NCBI GenBank assembly: GCA_016719635.1
Contig: JADJYT010000016.1
Span: forward strand, 64,829-128,828
DNA from: Sphingobacteriales bacterium
Lineage (GTDB): Bacteria > Bacteroidota > Bacteroidia > Chitinophagales > JADIYW01
Direction: 5' to 3'
DNA: 64,000 nt
Below the pieces are notes generated by a model. The model was not told the DNA's origin. It was given only the letters and a program-made list of their open reading frames with translations, and did no database searches. The translations under genes and the position numbers were made by a program. Each line of letters starts with the position of its first letter. The stretch's first letter is position 1. This document shows positions 37,835 through 47,620 of this stretch, piece after piece.

Positions 37835-39106
37835 ATGCTTACCATTGACCAATTACGAAAAGATCCGGCATTTGCCAAAGAACGTTTAGCGCATAAACAT
37901 TTTAAGGAACTGCAGTTTGTAGAGGAGATAATTGCGCTGGATGACCAGCGAAAAGCCTCTAAATCAATGCTCGATGACTTTCTGGCACAACGAAATACAT
38001 TATCAAAAGAGATAGGCATTTTGATGAAAGAGGGGAAAAAAGAGGAAGCCGAAGCGCAGAAAGATAAAATTGCGGATATCAAAGAGGAAGCTGACGCATT
38101 AGAAGCCAAGGTATCAGAAACAGAGGCACAAATTTTCGAACGGCTGGTGCAGTTGCCTAATCTTCCGAACAGCATCGTTCCGGAAGGCAAAACGCCGGAA
38201 GAGAATGAAATTGCTTTTTCTGTGAAAGAAATTCCTGCGTTACCCGAAACGGCTCTGCCGCATTGGGATCTGGCTAAAAAATTTGACCTCATTGATTTTG
38301 AACTCGGCAATAAACTGACGGGTGCCGGATTTCCGGTATACAAAGGCAAAGGAGCCGCCTTGCAGCGCGCCTTAATCACGTTCTTTTTAGATAAAGCCAT
38401 TGAAGCGGGCTATCAGGAAGTGCAGGTGCCACATATGGTGAACAAAGATTCTGCTTTTGCCACCGGCCAGTTGCCCGACAAAGAAGGGCAAATGTATCAT
38501 GCCACTGTGGATGATTTTTATTTGATTCCGACCGCAGAAGTACCTATCACCAACATTTACCGCGATGAGATTATAGATGAAAAATCTCTGCCGATTCAGA
38601 AAGTGGGCTATACGCCTTGCTTCCGCAGGGAAGCCGGCAGTTATGGCAAAGAGGTACGCGGCCTGAACAGGCTGCACCAGTTTGATAAGGTGGAAATTGT
38701 ACGCGTTGAAAAACCGGAACATTCGTATGCCGCACTGGACGAAATGCTGAAACATGTGGAGGGATTGCTGCAGGCGTTGGAATTGCCGTACAGAATCCTG
38801 CGCCTGTGTGGCGGCGACATGACCTTCTCCTCTGCGCTGACCTATGACTTTGAAGTATTTTCCGGTGCACAAAAACGGTGGCTGGAAGTGAGTTCCGTTT
38901 CAAACTTTGAGACCTTTCAGGCGAACCGCCTGAAACTGCGTATCAAAGATGCCGACAACAAAAAAACGCTGGCGCATACATTAAACGGCAGCGCTCTGGC
39001 ATTACCCCGAATACTCGCCAGCTTACTGGAAAACCATCAGACGGAGAATGGCATCAGGATACCTAAAGTGCTGGTGCCTTACACCAGGTTTGAACTTATT
39101 GATTAA
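37835..39106 (+). CDS. serS: Serine--tRNA ligase
   Basis: The ATG at 37835 gives MLTIDQLRKDP. The protein has an N-terminal coiled-coil arm and class II motifs (FRREAGS, GSALALPR). The track's TTG start at 37811 lies inside the promoter box. Confidence 0.95.
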   Translation: MLTIDQLRKDPAFAKERLAHKHFKELQFVEEIIALDDQRKASKSMLDDFLAQRNTLSKEIGILMKEGKKEEAEAQKDKIADIKEEADALEAKVSETEAQIFERLVQLPNLPNSIVPEGKTPEENEIAFSVKEIPALPETALPHWDLAKKFDLIDFELGNKLTGAGFPVYKGKGAALQRALITFFLDKAIEAGYQEVQVPHMVNKDSAFATGQLPDKEGQMYHATVDDFYLIPTAEVPITNIYRDEIIDEKSLPIQKVGYTPCFRREAGSYGKEVRGLNRLHQFDKVEIVRVEKPEHSYAALDEMLKHVEGLLQALELPYRILRLCGGDMTFSSALTYDFEVFSGAQKRWLEVSSVSNFETFQANRLKLRIKDADNKKTLAHTLNGSALALPRILASLLENHQTENGIRIPKVLVPYTRFELID

Positions 39107-39126
39107 TTTGTACGTTTAATTCAAGT

Positions 39127-39453
39127 ATGATATCTATTTCGGAAAAAGCAAAAGAGCGCGTGTTGAAGATGTGGGAAGAAGACCAACTTTCCCCGAATCA
39201 TTTTGTGCGTGTTTCCGTCACCAGCGGCGGTTGCAGCGGATTGACCTACAATATGAAATTTGATGACCAGCAACAGGCTTCCGATGAAGTGTTCGAGGAC
39301 AAAGGCATTAAGCTGGTGGCAGACCCTAAAAGTATCTTATACCTGCTGGGAACCGAATTAGATTTTTCAGAAGGACTGGATGGAAAAGGATTTTACTTCA
39401 ACAATCCGAATGCAGCCCGTACCTGCAGTTGCGGCGAAAGTTTTAGCTTATAA
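39127..39453 (+). CDS. Iron-sulfur cluster insertion/assembly protein (HesB/IscA/ErpA family)
   Basis: 108 aa with GGCSG and the C-terminal CSCGESF motif. Confidence 0.85.
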   Translation: MISISEKAKERVLKMWEEDQLSPNHFVRVSVTSGGCSGLTYNMKFDDQQQASDEVFEDKGIKLVADPKSILYLLGTELDFSEGLDGKGFYFNNPNAARTCSCGESFSL

Positions 39454-39465
39454 TTTAATGGTGGA

Positions 39466-40494
39466 TTAATGGGCGTTTTTAAATTGCCCCAGGAACCGAA
39501 CGTCATTTTCGGACAGCAGGCGTATATCTTTAATCTGATATTTCAACATCGTAATACGTTCCACCCCCATTCCAAAAGCGAATCCTGTAAACTTCTTCGG
39601 GTCAATATTGCAATTTTCCAATACTTTCGGATCCACCATGCCACAACCCAGGATTTCTACCCAGCCACTGTATTTACAGACATTACACCCCTTTCCACCA
39701 CAGATAAAACAGGTGACATCCACTTCTGCCGAAGGCTCTGTAAATGGGAAATAGGAAGGACGGACTTTTATTTTTATATCCGGTCCGAAAAATTCCTTGG
39801 CAAAGAAATCCAGCGTCTGCAGCAAATCTGCAAACGAAACATCTTCGTCAATATATAATCCTTCAATCTGATGAAAAAAACAGTGTGAACGCGCAGAAAT
39901 GGTTTCATTTCTATATACCCTTCCCGGCGATAAAATACGGATGGGTGGCTTTTGCCTTTCCATGACCCTCACCTGAACCGAAGAAGTGTGTGTACGTAAC
40001 ACCACATCCGGATTCACCTGAATGAAAAATGTATCCTGCATATCTCTGGCGGGATGGTCTTCGGGCATATTCAGGGCGGTAAAATTGTGCCAGTCATCTT
40101 CTATTTCCCTGTCTTCCTCGACGGCAAATCCCAAACGTTTAAAAATGTCTGTGATCTGGTTCCTGACAATGCTGATAGGATGACGGGCACCCAAAGGAAC
40201 CACATCACCGGGTAATGTCAAATCGATGGATTCGGTTCCTGTACTTACCGTTTGTTGTAACTGTTCCTGATGTGCCGCAAATTTTTCTTCCGCCGCCTGC
40301 TTCACGCTATTCACCAACTGTCCGAATTCTTTTTTTCGTTCATTCGGCACATTTCTCATCTCGGCAAAAATGTCTTTCAATACATTCTTAGTTCCCAGAA
40401 AACGGATACGAAATTTTTCCAATTCGTCCGGGGAAGCAATCATCACTCCATTGACTTCCTCTAAGAGTGCTGTCGTCTGCTGAAAAATATCCAT
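39466..40494 (-). CDS. pheS: Phenylalanine--tRNA ligase alpha subunit
   Basis: 342 aa. It has HPARDMQDTF, FRNE..S.RSH, FHQIEG and GFAFGMGVERI motifs. Confidence 0.95.
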   Translation of the reverse strand: MDIFQQTTALLEEVNGVMIASPDELEKFRIRFLGTKNVLKDIFAEMRNVPNERKKEFGQLVNSVKQAAEEKFAAHQEQLQQTVSTGTESIDLTLPGDVVPLGARHPISIVRNQITDIFKRLGFAVEEDREIEDDWHNFTALNMPEDHPARDMQDTFFIQVNPDVVLRTHTSSVQVRVMERQKPPIRILSPGRVYRNETISARSHCFFHQIEGLYIDEDVSFADLLQTLDFFAKEFFGPDIKIKVRPSYFPFTEPSAEVDVTCFICGGKGCNVCKYSGWVEILGCGMVDPKVLENCNIDPKKFTGFAFGMGVERITMLKYQIKDIRLLSENDVRFLGQFKNAH

Positions 40495-40504
40495 CCTTCA
40501 AAAT

Positions 40505-40538
40505 TAAAAAAAGAGGCATAAAAAATGCCTCTTTTTAA
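40505..40538 (-). terminator. Rho-independent terminator after the PhoD-like gene (sequence is symmetric)
   Basis: 8-bp stem agaggcat (40512-40519) / atgcctct (40525-40532) with loop aaaaa. It is flanked by A-runs on one side and T-runs on the other. Confidence 0.75.
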
Positions 40539-40554
40539 GTTGTATAAAGATTAA

Positions 40555-41628
40555 TTAAAATTTTAATTCATCCAGCGTAACCGTATGAGAAATCTGAGGC
40601 ACCAACGGGTCGGTATTGCCGTAGACTTCAGCCTTAACTGTAACCGGAGAAGCATTCCAGTCTATGGTTAATAGTCCAAAGTTAACATATTGCCAGCCAT
40701 TACCCACTCTGATGGCATCGTTCGTAGATCCCACTTTATCTTCATGGTGGGTGATACCACTGGCTGTGAAATCATAAACAGGATACATATCATCCGGTTG
40801 TGTCTTTGTAAATTCTGCAAAGTGAATATCCCCGCTCAGGAAAAATGCACCTTCTGCACGGGTACTTTTTAACAGGTCAATCATTTTTTGTTTCTCCAGT
40901 GGAAGCACCGCCCAGTTTTCTCCGCCATTATAGAAGGAGTTAAACTGTAAACTGGACATGATGATTCTAACTTTTGCCGGTTTTTTCAGTTCTTCTTCCA
41001 GCCATGTCCATTGTGTGGCGCCCAGAATGGTCGCATCCGGAGACATCATCGTATCGTACCCGCTTAATGCAGCACCTGGGCCTGAAGCCTTGTAAGGTGT
41101 ATGGTTCCATCGTAAATCCAGTAAAATAATCTGCACTTTATGTGCATCATCTCCATAATAAATGGCATCATAAATACCCCCATCCGGTCTGTTACGACGA
41201 GGGGCATCAGCCGGTATTCCCCAAAATTTAAAAAATTCGGCTTTTGCCACTCCTTTCACAGGATTGTCAGATGTGCCATCGTTTTGTCCGGTATCATGGT
41301 CATCCCAAATAGGGAGAATCGGTACGTTTGCTTTCAGGCGCTGAAAGGCCTTATCCCCGCCCAGCTGGGCATATGCACCACGGATATAATCCGGCGTTCC
41401 GGGAGCTAATGCAAAGAAGTCTGCATACACATTATCTCCTCCAAATATGAACAGCTGCGGGTTCTTTTCAATAATTCTGTCAAAGATTTTTTTGTCTCCC
41501 AAAAACTGTTCACAACAAGAGCCGAAAGCAATGACAGACAAGTTACCATCATCCGTTGTTGAGGTGGTCTTTGTACAACCTGCCAGTAAAAAAAGGGCAG
41601 CAGCGAATAGAGTCGTAATTTTTTTCAT
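40555..41628 (-). CDS. PhoD-like metallophosphatase lipoprotein
   Basis: 357 aa with a lipoprotein signal (LLAGCTK). It has GGDNVYAD, WDDHD and GDIHFAE metallophosphoesterase motifs. Confidence 0.75.
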   Translation of the reverse strand: MKKITTLFAAALFLLAGCTKTTSTTDDGNLSVIAFGSCCEQFLGDKKIFDRIIEKNPQLFIFGGDNVYADFFALAPGTPDYIRGAYAQLGGDKAFQRLKANVPILPIWDDHDTGQNDGTSDNPVKGVAKAEFFKFWGIPADAPRRNRPDGGIYDAIYYGDDAHKVQIILLDLRWNHTPYKASGPGAALSGYDTMMSPDATILGATQWTWLEEELKKPAKVRIIMSSLQFNSFYNGGENWAVLPLEKQKMIDLLKSTRAEGAFFLSGDIHFAEFTKTQPDDMYPVYDFTASGITHHEDKVGSTNDAIRVGNGWQYVNFGLLTIDWNASPVTVKAEVYGNTDPLVPQISHTVTLDELKF

Positions 41629-41780
41629 GAAAATGCCGTATTAGATTGTGTCGTATAAAATTATGAATTTTAAGTGAATAACCTTTAATACGGCACACAC
41701 ATTTAACATTATTTTTTCATTTAATCTTCTTGATGAAGCGATAACGATGTAATTAGATTCTCAATGCGTATTTTTATGCA

Positions 41781-42425
41781 ATGTTTGAACAATTCTCCAA
41801 AGAACTCTATCAGGCATTTCAGCGTCCTTTGCCCGGAGAAGCGGCGCATCAGGCGCTAAAGCCGTATTTAAGCATCCATAAGAATCTGGATGTTCCTCCA
41901 TTAATTAAACCAAAGCTGGGTGCTGTCATGGCATTGATTTATCCGGTTAAAAACGAACCTCATCTATTATTCATTGAGCGTCCGGTATATGACGGTGTAC
42001 ACAGCGGACAAATCGCATTTCCGGGTGGAAAAATTGAAAAAAAAGATGCCTCGTATTTGGATGCCGCACTGAGAGAAACGCAGGAGGAAATAGGTGTCCA
42101 TCCCGATAAAATCTCTGTTGTCGGCCAGTTGTCCAATGTTTTTGTATTTGCAAGCAACTTTATGGTTTATCCATATGTAGGTATTTTGCAGGAGCCGCCT
42201 CTCCTGGTTCTGGAAGAAAAAGAGGTTGCATCCATTTTACAGATTCCCATTCATACATTTCTACAGCCTGAAATCATAAAAGAAAAACCCATAAAAAATG
42301 CACTTGGATTCACCCTTATGGCACCTTATTATGATATAGAAGGAAAAGTTTTGTGGGGAGCCACCGCCATGATGGTCAGTGAACTTTGTGAAGTAATAAA
42401 AAAGGGGAGTGTTCATTTACCCTAG
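41781..42425 (+). CDS. NUDIX hydrolase (CoA pyrophosphatase-like)
   Basis: 214 aa. The Nudix box is GGKIEKKDASYLDAALRETQEEIGV. Confidence 0.8.
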   Translation: MFEQFSKELYQAFQRPLPGEAAHQALKPYLSIHKNLDVPPLIKPKLGAVMALIYPVKNEPHLLFIERPVYDGVHSGQIAFPGGKIEKKDASYLDAALRETQEEIGVHPDKISVVGQLSNVFVFASNFMVYPYVGILQEPPLLVLEEKEVASILQIPIHTFLQPEIIKEKPIKNALGFTLMAPYYDIEGKVLWGATAMMVSELCEVIKKGSVHLP

Positions 42426-42438
42426 CAACTGAATAATA

Positions 42439-42630
42439 CTACAACAGACTAAAATAGTACGTAATATAACGGTCTGTACAGATTTTTTTCACTTTCTTTT
42501 CTTTTTTTACTTTCGGTAAGGCCGGAATCTGTGATGGGGTGGAATCATGAGGCGGAAATGTTTCATCCTGTGCCCTTGCAACTAAAGTTAATCCTGCAAG
42601 GATAAAGAAGAAGATTATAGTTTTTTTCAT
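42439..42630 (-). CDS. Small hypothetical secreted protein
   Basis: The ATG at 42628-42630 gives MKKTIIFFFILAGLTLVARAQ, a signal peptide, followed by a K-rich ~40-aa tail. This is a weak call. Confidence 0.35.
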   Translation of the reverse strand: MKKTIIFFFILAGLTLVARAQDETFPPHDSTPSQIPALPKVKKEKKVKKICTDRYITYYFSLL

Positions 42631-43198
42631 TTTATGCAAAATTGACAGTTACATATAGCTTCTTAAAGTTAATTCCAAACGAACTCTATTGTAAGCAGAA
42701 CAGCAAATCTTCATCATTTTTACTCCTTTTAAACAACATCAACACACATGATTTTCATAGTTGTATGTATTTTAAATAAATTGCCGGGATAAACAAAATC
42801 AGATTCTTATTTTTGAGAATCGGGGGGCTTACACTTTTCCTAACAGGCTTACCTCTTTTGATGTTATCTTCTGCATTTGCAACTTTGAAAGATGCCGCCA
42901 TCACATGCATCTCAACAAAGAACAAATAAAGCCGAGCACCGGGTTGTGTCGGATATCATCTGTAAGTAGAACGTTTCCTCATTCCTCCATTGCTTTCCAG
43001 CAGAACAAATAGCAAGCAGGCTCAGGTGATTGTTTATACATATTGATAAACAGGATAGTTAAATTATAAATACCGGTCGTTTGGGTTAAGGTTTTGTACT
43101 GCGACTACAGGGTAAATCCAATATACGCTGTTCCGTAAATACAGTAATGCACTAATAAATTGAATTCCGCCATTGGAAAAAGGGTGAAAGTATGTACG

Positions 43199-44320
43199 CT
43201 ATCTTGCATCCATTTCCAGAGACAACTGCATCGTTTTATCAGCTTTGTTTCTCCCCGGTTTTTCTTTTGTTTTAAATGAAAAGAGAATGCTCGTTAACAC
43301 GATAGCCAATGTGAATTCAAAAAGCATTAAATAAAGATTACCCCAGTGCTGGAGTAAATATACCAGTGCAATAAACAGGATATTAACACCAATAAGAACA
43401 AAGGTAGCCTGAATATGAGAACAGCCTAAATCAATCAGCTTATGGTGTATATGGTTTCTGTCTGCCAAAAAAGGAGATTTTCTATTGATAATCCTTAATG
43501 AGAAGGCACGCAACGTGTCAAAAACAGGAATAATCAATATGGCGATGGCCATAGCAGGCGCAGAGATAATGGTTATTCCCTTACTAGAACCGCTGAGCAG
43601 TACAATTTCATTCTTTTCAATAAATTGTATGGCCATGACTGCAGCGAGCAGACCGATGGACAGACTTCCGGAGTCACCCATGAAAATCTTAGCCGGCGTA
43701 TAATTATATTTTAAGAAAGCCAGCACGGCACCACTCATAGATAGAGCCAGTATGGCATAATCAAAGAATCCGTAATAATAAAACCAGGCGCCAAATGCCA
43801 CCGACATCAGGATACAAACACTTCCTGCAAGAAGATTAATCCCATCTATAATATTAAAAGCATTGATGATGAAAATAATGGTGGTTACAGACAACAGTAC
43901 GCTCGGTATGTAATCCAGATAGGAAACTCCAAACAGGCCATACAGGCTTGTCAGGCGTATATCACCTAAAATGACAATGATACAGGCAGCGAAAATCTGA
44001 CCTATAAATTTCTTGGTTGGCACCAGTTCCACTATATCGTCTTTAGCGCCGAGCATAAAGATAAAACACAAGGCAGCCAATATATACCTCATGCCATTTG
44101 TAGGATAAAACTTACCAAACAGACATAAACTGATCATAAAGCCACCAAAGATACCTACCCCGCCTAAGGTCGGGATAACATCATAATGGGACTTTCTGGC
44201 TCCGGGTGTATCAAATAAATGTTTAATCTTTGCCACTTTAATTATGGAAGGGATAAACATATTTGTGAGCACAAAAGAAGTCAAAAGGGCTGAAACCAAT
44301 AATAAATAGTCGCTACGCAT
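43199..44320 (-). CDS. Undecaprenyl-phosphate sugar-1-phosphate transferase (MraY/WecA family)
   Basis: 373 aa polytopic membrane protein. It has AKDDIVEL, NAFNIIDGINLLAG and FMGDSGS motifs typical of WecA/WbpL-type enzymes. Confidence 0.8.
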   Translation of the reverse strand: MRSDYLLLVSALLTSFVLTNMFIPSIIKVAKIKHLFDTPGARKSHYDVIPTLGGVGIFGGFMISLCLFGKFYPTNGMRYILAALCFIFMLGAKDDIVELVPTKKFIGQIFAACIIVILGDIRLTSLYGLFGVSYLDYIPSVLLSVTTIIFIINAFNIIDGINLLAGSVCILMSVAFGAWFYYYGFFDYAILALSMSGAVLAFLKYNYTPAKIFMGDSGSLSIGLLAAVMAIQFIEKNEIVLLSGSSKGITIISAPAMAIAILIIPVFDTLRAFSLRIINRKSPFLADRNHIHHKLIDLGCSHIQATFVLIGVNILFIALVYLLQHWGNLYLMLFEFTLAIVLTSILFSFKTKEKPGRNKADKTMQLSLEMDAR

Positions 44321-44372
44321 ACTCTTCGATAACCAAAGTTAATAACAATAATTTAAAAAGAGTGAAAAAGCG

Positions 44373-45512
44373 TTAAAGATTTCTCAGGATTTTGATGTAA
44401 ATCAGATTGATTTTTTCCGTTGAAAATAAGTCTTCGGCCCTTTTTCTGGCATTCTTACCAAATTGATTTTGGGTCTTTTTATCTAATAAAACGAATTTTT
44501 TTAACATTTCGTATAAAGAATCTGCGTCTGCGACCTTACAAAGGAATCCAGTTTGTCCGTTTACTACCGCATCTTTGCACCCAGGAGCAACTGTTGTCAC
44601 GCATGGTTTTCCCATTGCCATTCCCTCTAAGATTACTCTGGGCATTCCTTCCCTGTAGGATGGAAGCACTATACAATCCGCCTCACAGATGTAAGGACGG
44701 ATATCTATGGCATAACCCCTGTAACACAGAACCCCATCCTGAATCCATGCATCTAACTCCGATTGCCGGATGGCAGCCGGATTATTCTGGTCGATATCGC
44801 CCAGCAAATGAAATTCGGCACGGATACCATCTCCCTGTATCATTTTCGCAGCTGCTGCATATTCGTAAACGCCTTTATCTCGCAGTAATCTGCCTATCAT
44901 TAAAAAACGGATAGTTCCGGTTTCATTTCCTGCAGGCGGGCAGTATTGCGGCGAGAATTCTTTTATGTCAATGCCGGAACCGGGCACCAGCAACGTTTTT
45001 TGTTTGTTGACCAACTTCCCCCGAACAAACATTTCCATGTCATCTGTATTCTGAAACAGTACCTTGTCTGCAAATGTAAATGCAACCCTGTATAAAAAAT
45101 GCGCTATCCTGCTAGCCGCGCTTTTATTTAAGAAAGTATACCCTAATCCTGTTACGGTACAGATAGTTTTGGTTCCTGTCAGCCGTGCAGCCAACGTTCC
45201 GTAAATATTCGGTTTGATGGTGTATTGCAGTGCCACATCTATCTTGTGTTTTTTATAGATGCCCCTTATTTCATTTATCAGCAGCAAATCATAAAACGGA
45301 TTGGTGCCTTTACGTGCTAATTTTTTGACTTCCACAAACTCGATATTCTGCTCTTGCAGAAATCCAACATACTCATCATTTGGTGCAATAGCCAGCACAC
45401 GATAACCTGCAGCCTGAAGCGCCTTTATAAGTCCGAGGCGGAAATTAAAAAGGTTGAAAGCAGTATTGGCAACTACGCCTATGGTTGTTATCTGTGCGGA
45501 CATTTTCAACAA
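44373..45512 (-). CDS. Glycosyltransferase family 4 (GT-B fold)
   Basis: 379 aa with the YREGMPRVILEGMAMGKPCV EX7E-type motif. Confidence 0.75.
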   Translation of the reverse strand: MLKMSAQITTIGVVANTAFNLFNFRLGLIKALQAAGYRVLAIAPNDEYVGFLQEQNIEFVEVKKLARKGTNPFYDLLLINEIRGIYKKHKIDVALQYTIKPNIYGTLAARLTGTKTICTVTGLGYTFLNKSAASRIAHFLYRVAFTFADKVLFQNTDDMEMFVRGKLVNKQKTLLVPGSGIDIKEFSPQYCPPAGNETGTIRFLMIGRLLRDKGVYEYAAAAKMIQGDGIRAEFHLLGDIDQNNPAAIRQSELDAWIQDGVLCYRGYAIDIRPYICEADCIVLPSYREGMPRVILEGMAMGKPCVTTVAPGCKDAVVNGQTGFLCKVADADSLYEMLKKFVLLDKKTQNQFGKNARKRAEDLFSTEKINLIYIKILRNL

Positions 45513-45574
45513 CCCGCAATATACAAGAAAACGGTATGTTGTTAGATTTTTTCAGGCAGATTTATTTTGGAAAG

Positions 45575-47473
45575 TTACTCCGCCTTCACAACGGTACGGG
45601 TAATAATGTCTTCGCCATTATACAGACACACGACATATTGCCCCTTCGGTAAATCCGCAATATCCAGTTTTTCAAAGTACACCCCCTTCGGTCTGCTGCC
45701 CAAGTCTTTTACATAAACCAACTGCCCTGTTGCACTATACACGTATATGTTCAGATTGGCGCTGCGATTCGTTGAAAACTGAATGCCGGTATAATTGATG
45801 AATGGATTGGGGTATACCGCCGTTATCTCTATTGCTCCGAAATAATTTTTTACCGACGTGGTAATCTGCTGTCTAGGGAATCTGGGTCCTTTTACAGTGT
45901 TTAACCCTCCGTTATTACTAGGGATTAAAGACTTCTTTAAATGATTGGAATCTCTTTCCGTATAATAACTTGTCTGGTGAGAATAATTAAAATTAGGTGT
46001 TTCAATCGTGCCGATATTATAAAAATCGCCCTGACATCGTTGCGGATTTATGTCAATGATATCAAAACCCCTGTTTACAAAATTATTGTGTTTAACATGT
46101 GGGTTGTTCTCTCTGATAATTTGCGAGAATGCATCCTGTGTGATATTTCCTAAGATTCCGGTAAGGGGTATTCCGGGAGATGTAACTGCTGTACTCACAA
46201 ATTCAACCCCCACCGAACCTTTTCCATTCCAACTGACATAAGGCATTCTGCCAAACGGCAGATCATTCGCCCAGGCAGAATGGATATCTCCGGTAAGCAC
46301 TACCAGATTATTAATTCCTTCATTGTTAATCATATCAAAAAACTTTCTTCTCTCGGAAGGGTAGCCATCCCACTGATCATTATTAAATGCCACATTAAAG
46401 ACCTTGAAAGGAGCTACCATCACCTGATTTGCAATTAGTTTCCAAGTTGCAGAAGAGTTCCTTAATCCATTTCTAAGCCAATCGAACTGTTCAGGTCCTA
46501 TCAGGTAATGCGATGTATCATCTATTCCTGTAATGGATGCAGCCAAAGATTGTTCATTTCTAGCAGTGATTCTGGTATCAATGAAAAACAAATCCGCGAG
46601 ATTGCCAATGCTGAATTTTCTATAAAGCCTTATAGCCGGAACGGTGTCTATTGTCCGGATGGGCATCCATTCATTATAGGCTCTCAAAGCCGCCATCTTG
46701 CGCATCTGCCAGTCACCCTCATTCGTTGCGGTATGATTCTCCGCTCCTGATTCGTAGGCATTATCGGCAAATTCATGATCATCCCAGATGGTATAAAACG
46801 GATACTGCTGATGCAAACGCATCAACATAGAGTCCAGTTTATACATATTATGCCTTAACCTGTAATCTGCCAGTGTCAAAATTTCATTTTCCGGTTCTGG
46901 TACACGAGTAGTTCCATATTCATTTTTGCCGTACTCATAAATATAATCTCCCAAATGCACGATGGCATCCACATCATTGCGCTGATTCAGCACCTGATAG
47001 ACATTAAAATACCCGTGAGGAAAACTGGAACAGGATACTACACCCAACCGCACCTGATTCACATCACCGGACGGCAGCGTTTTTGTTCTGCCGCGCAGGG
47101 AGTATTTTTCATCGTATTTAAATTCATAAAAATAGTACGTTCCTGGTTGTAATCCTGTAGCCTCCACCTTGATGGTATAATCGTTATCTGCCGAGGTGCT
47201 GACAGAACCACTTTGAACGACATTGGTCATGGATGTATCCGTGGCGACACGCCATTGTACTTCCGGATTAGCAGCATCTGTTGTAATCCTGGTCCATATA
47301 AATACGGAATTTTGGACTGCATCACCGGAGGCAACACCATGATAGAAAGGTGCCAGCGATGAATCAACATATATTCTGGAGGCAGAATTTGGCTGAGCAA
47401 ACGCTCTGTTATTTGTTGCCAGAATTGTCGTAAAGATAAAAAAACGAAATACAAAGGTGTAAAATCTGTACAT
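45575..47473 (-). CDS. Alkaline phosphatase D family protein with a T9SS C-terminal sorting domain
   Basis: 632 aa with a signal peptide. It has HLGDYIYEY, WDDHEFADN and GDIHSAWAN motifs. The C-terminal VYPNPF...LNIYVYSATGQLVY matches the T9SS CTD pattern. Confidence 0.8.
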   Translation of the reverse strand: MYRFYTFVFRFFIFTTILATNNRAFAQPNSASRIYVDSSLAPFYHGVASGDAVQNSVFIWTRITTDAANPEVQWRVATDTSMTNVVQSGSVSTSADNDYTIKVEATGLQPGTYYFYEFKYDEKYSLRGRTKTLPSGDVNQVRLGVVSCSSFPHGYFNVYQVLNQRNDVDAIVHLGDYIYEYGKNEYGTTRVPEPENEILTLADYRLRHNMYKLDSMLMRLHQQYPFYTIWDDHEFADNAYESGAENHTATNEGDWQMRKMAALRAYNEWMPIRTIDTVPAIRLYRKFSIGNLADLFFIDTRITARNEQSLAASITGIDDTSHYLIGPEQFDWLRNGLRNSSATWKLIANQVMVAPFKVFNVAFNNDQWDGYPSERRKFFDMINNEGINNLVVLTGDIHSAWANDLPFGRMPYVSWNGKGSVGVEFVSTAVTSPGIPLTGILGNITQDAFSQIIRENNPHVKHNNFVNRGFDIIDINPQRCQGDFYNIGTIETPNFNYSHQTSYYTERDSNHLKKSLIPSNNGGLNTVKGPRFPRQQITTSVKNYFGAIEITAVYPNPFINYTGIQFSTNRSANLNIYVYSATGQLVYVKDLGSRPKGVYFEKLDIADLPKGQYVVCLYNGEDIITRTVVKAE

Positions 47474-47620
47474 GAGGATTAGTGTTTCTCAAAAGTAGTA
47501 CTATGATAATTTTTACTTCATTGATACACCGAATTTACAAACAGCATTCTCACATACTATCGGATTTCTACACAAATAAATCAGATAAAACACGTATTCT
47601 TAATATTGGTCTGAAATCTC

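Noticed and set aside
37768-38400. 210-aa minus-strand ORF
   Set aside because: It is antisense to serS with S/A-rich shadow composition. serS motifs on the plus strand are unambiguous.
42640-43198. Possible RNase P RNA or tmRNA in the long gap (agggtgaaag near 43180; gggggg run near 42823)
   Set aside because: The universally conserved GGAAAGUCC (P4) element, the tRNA-like GGUUCGAAUCC end and a tag ORF are all absent on both strands. The similarity is limited to one short word.
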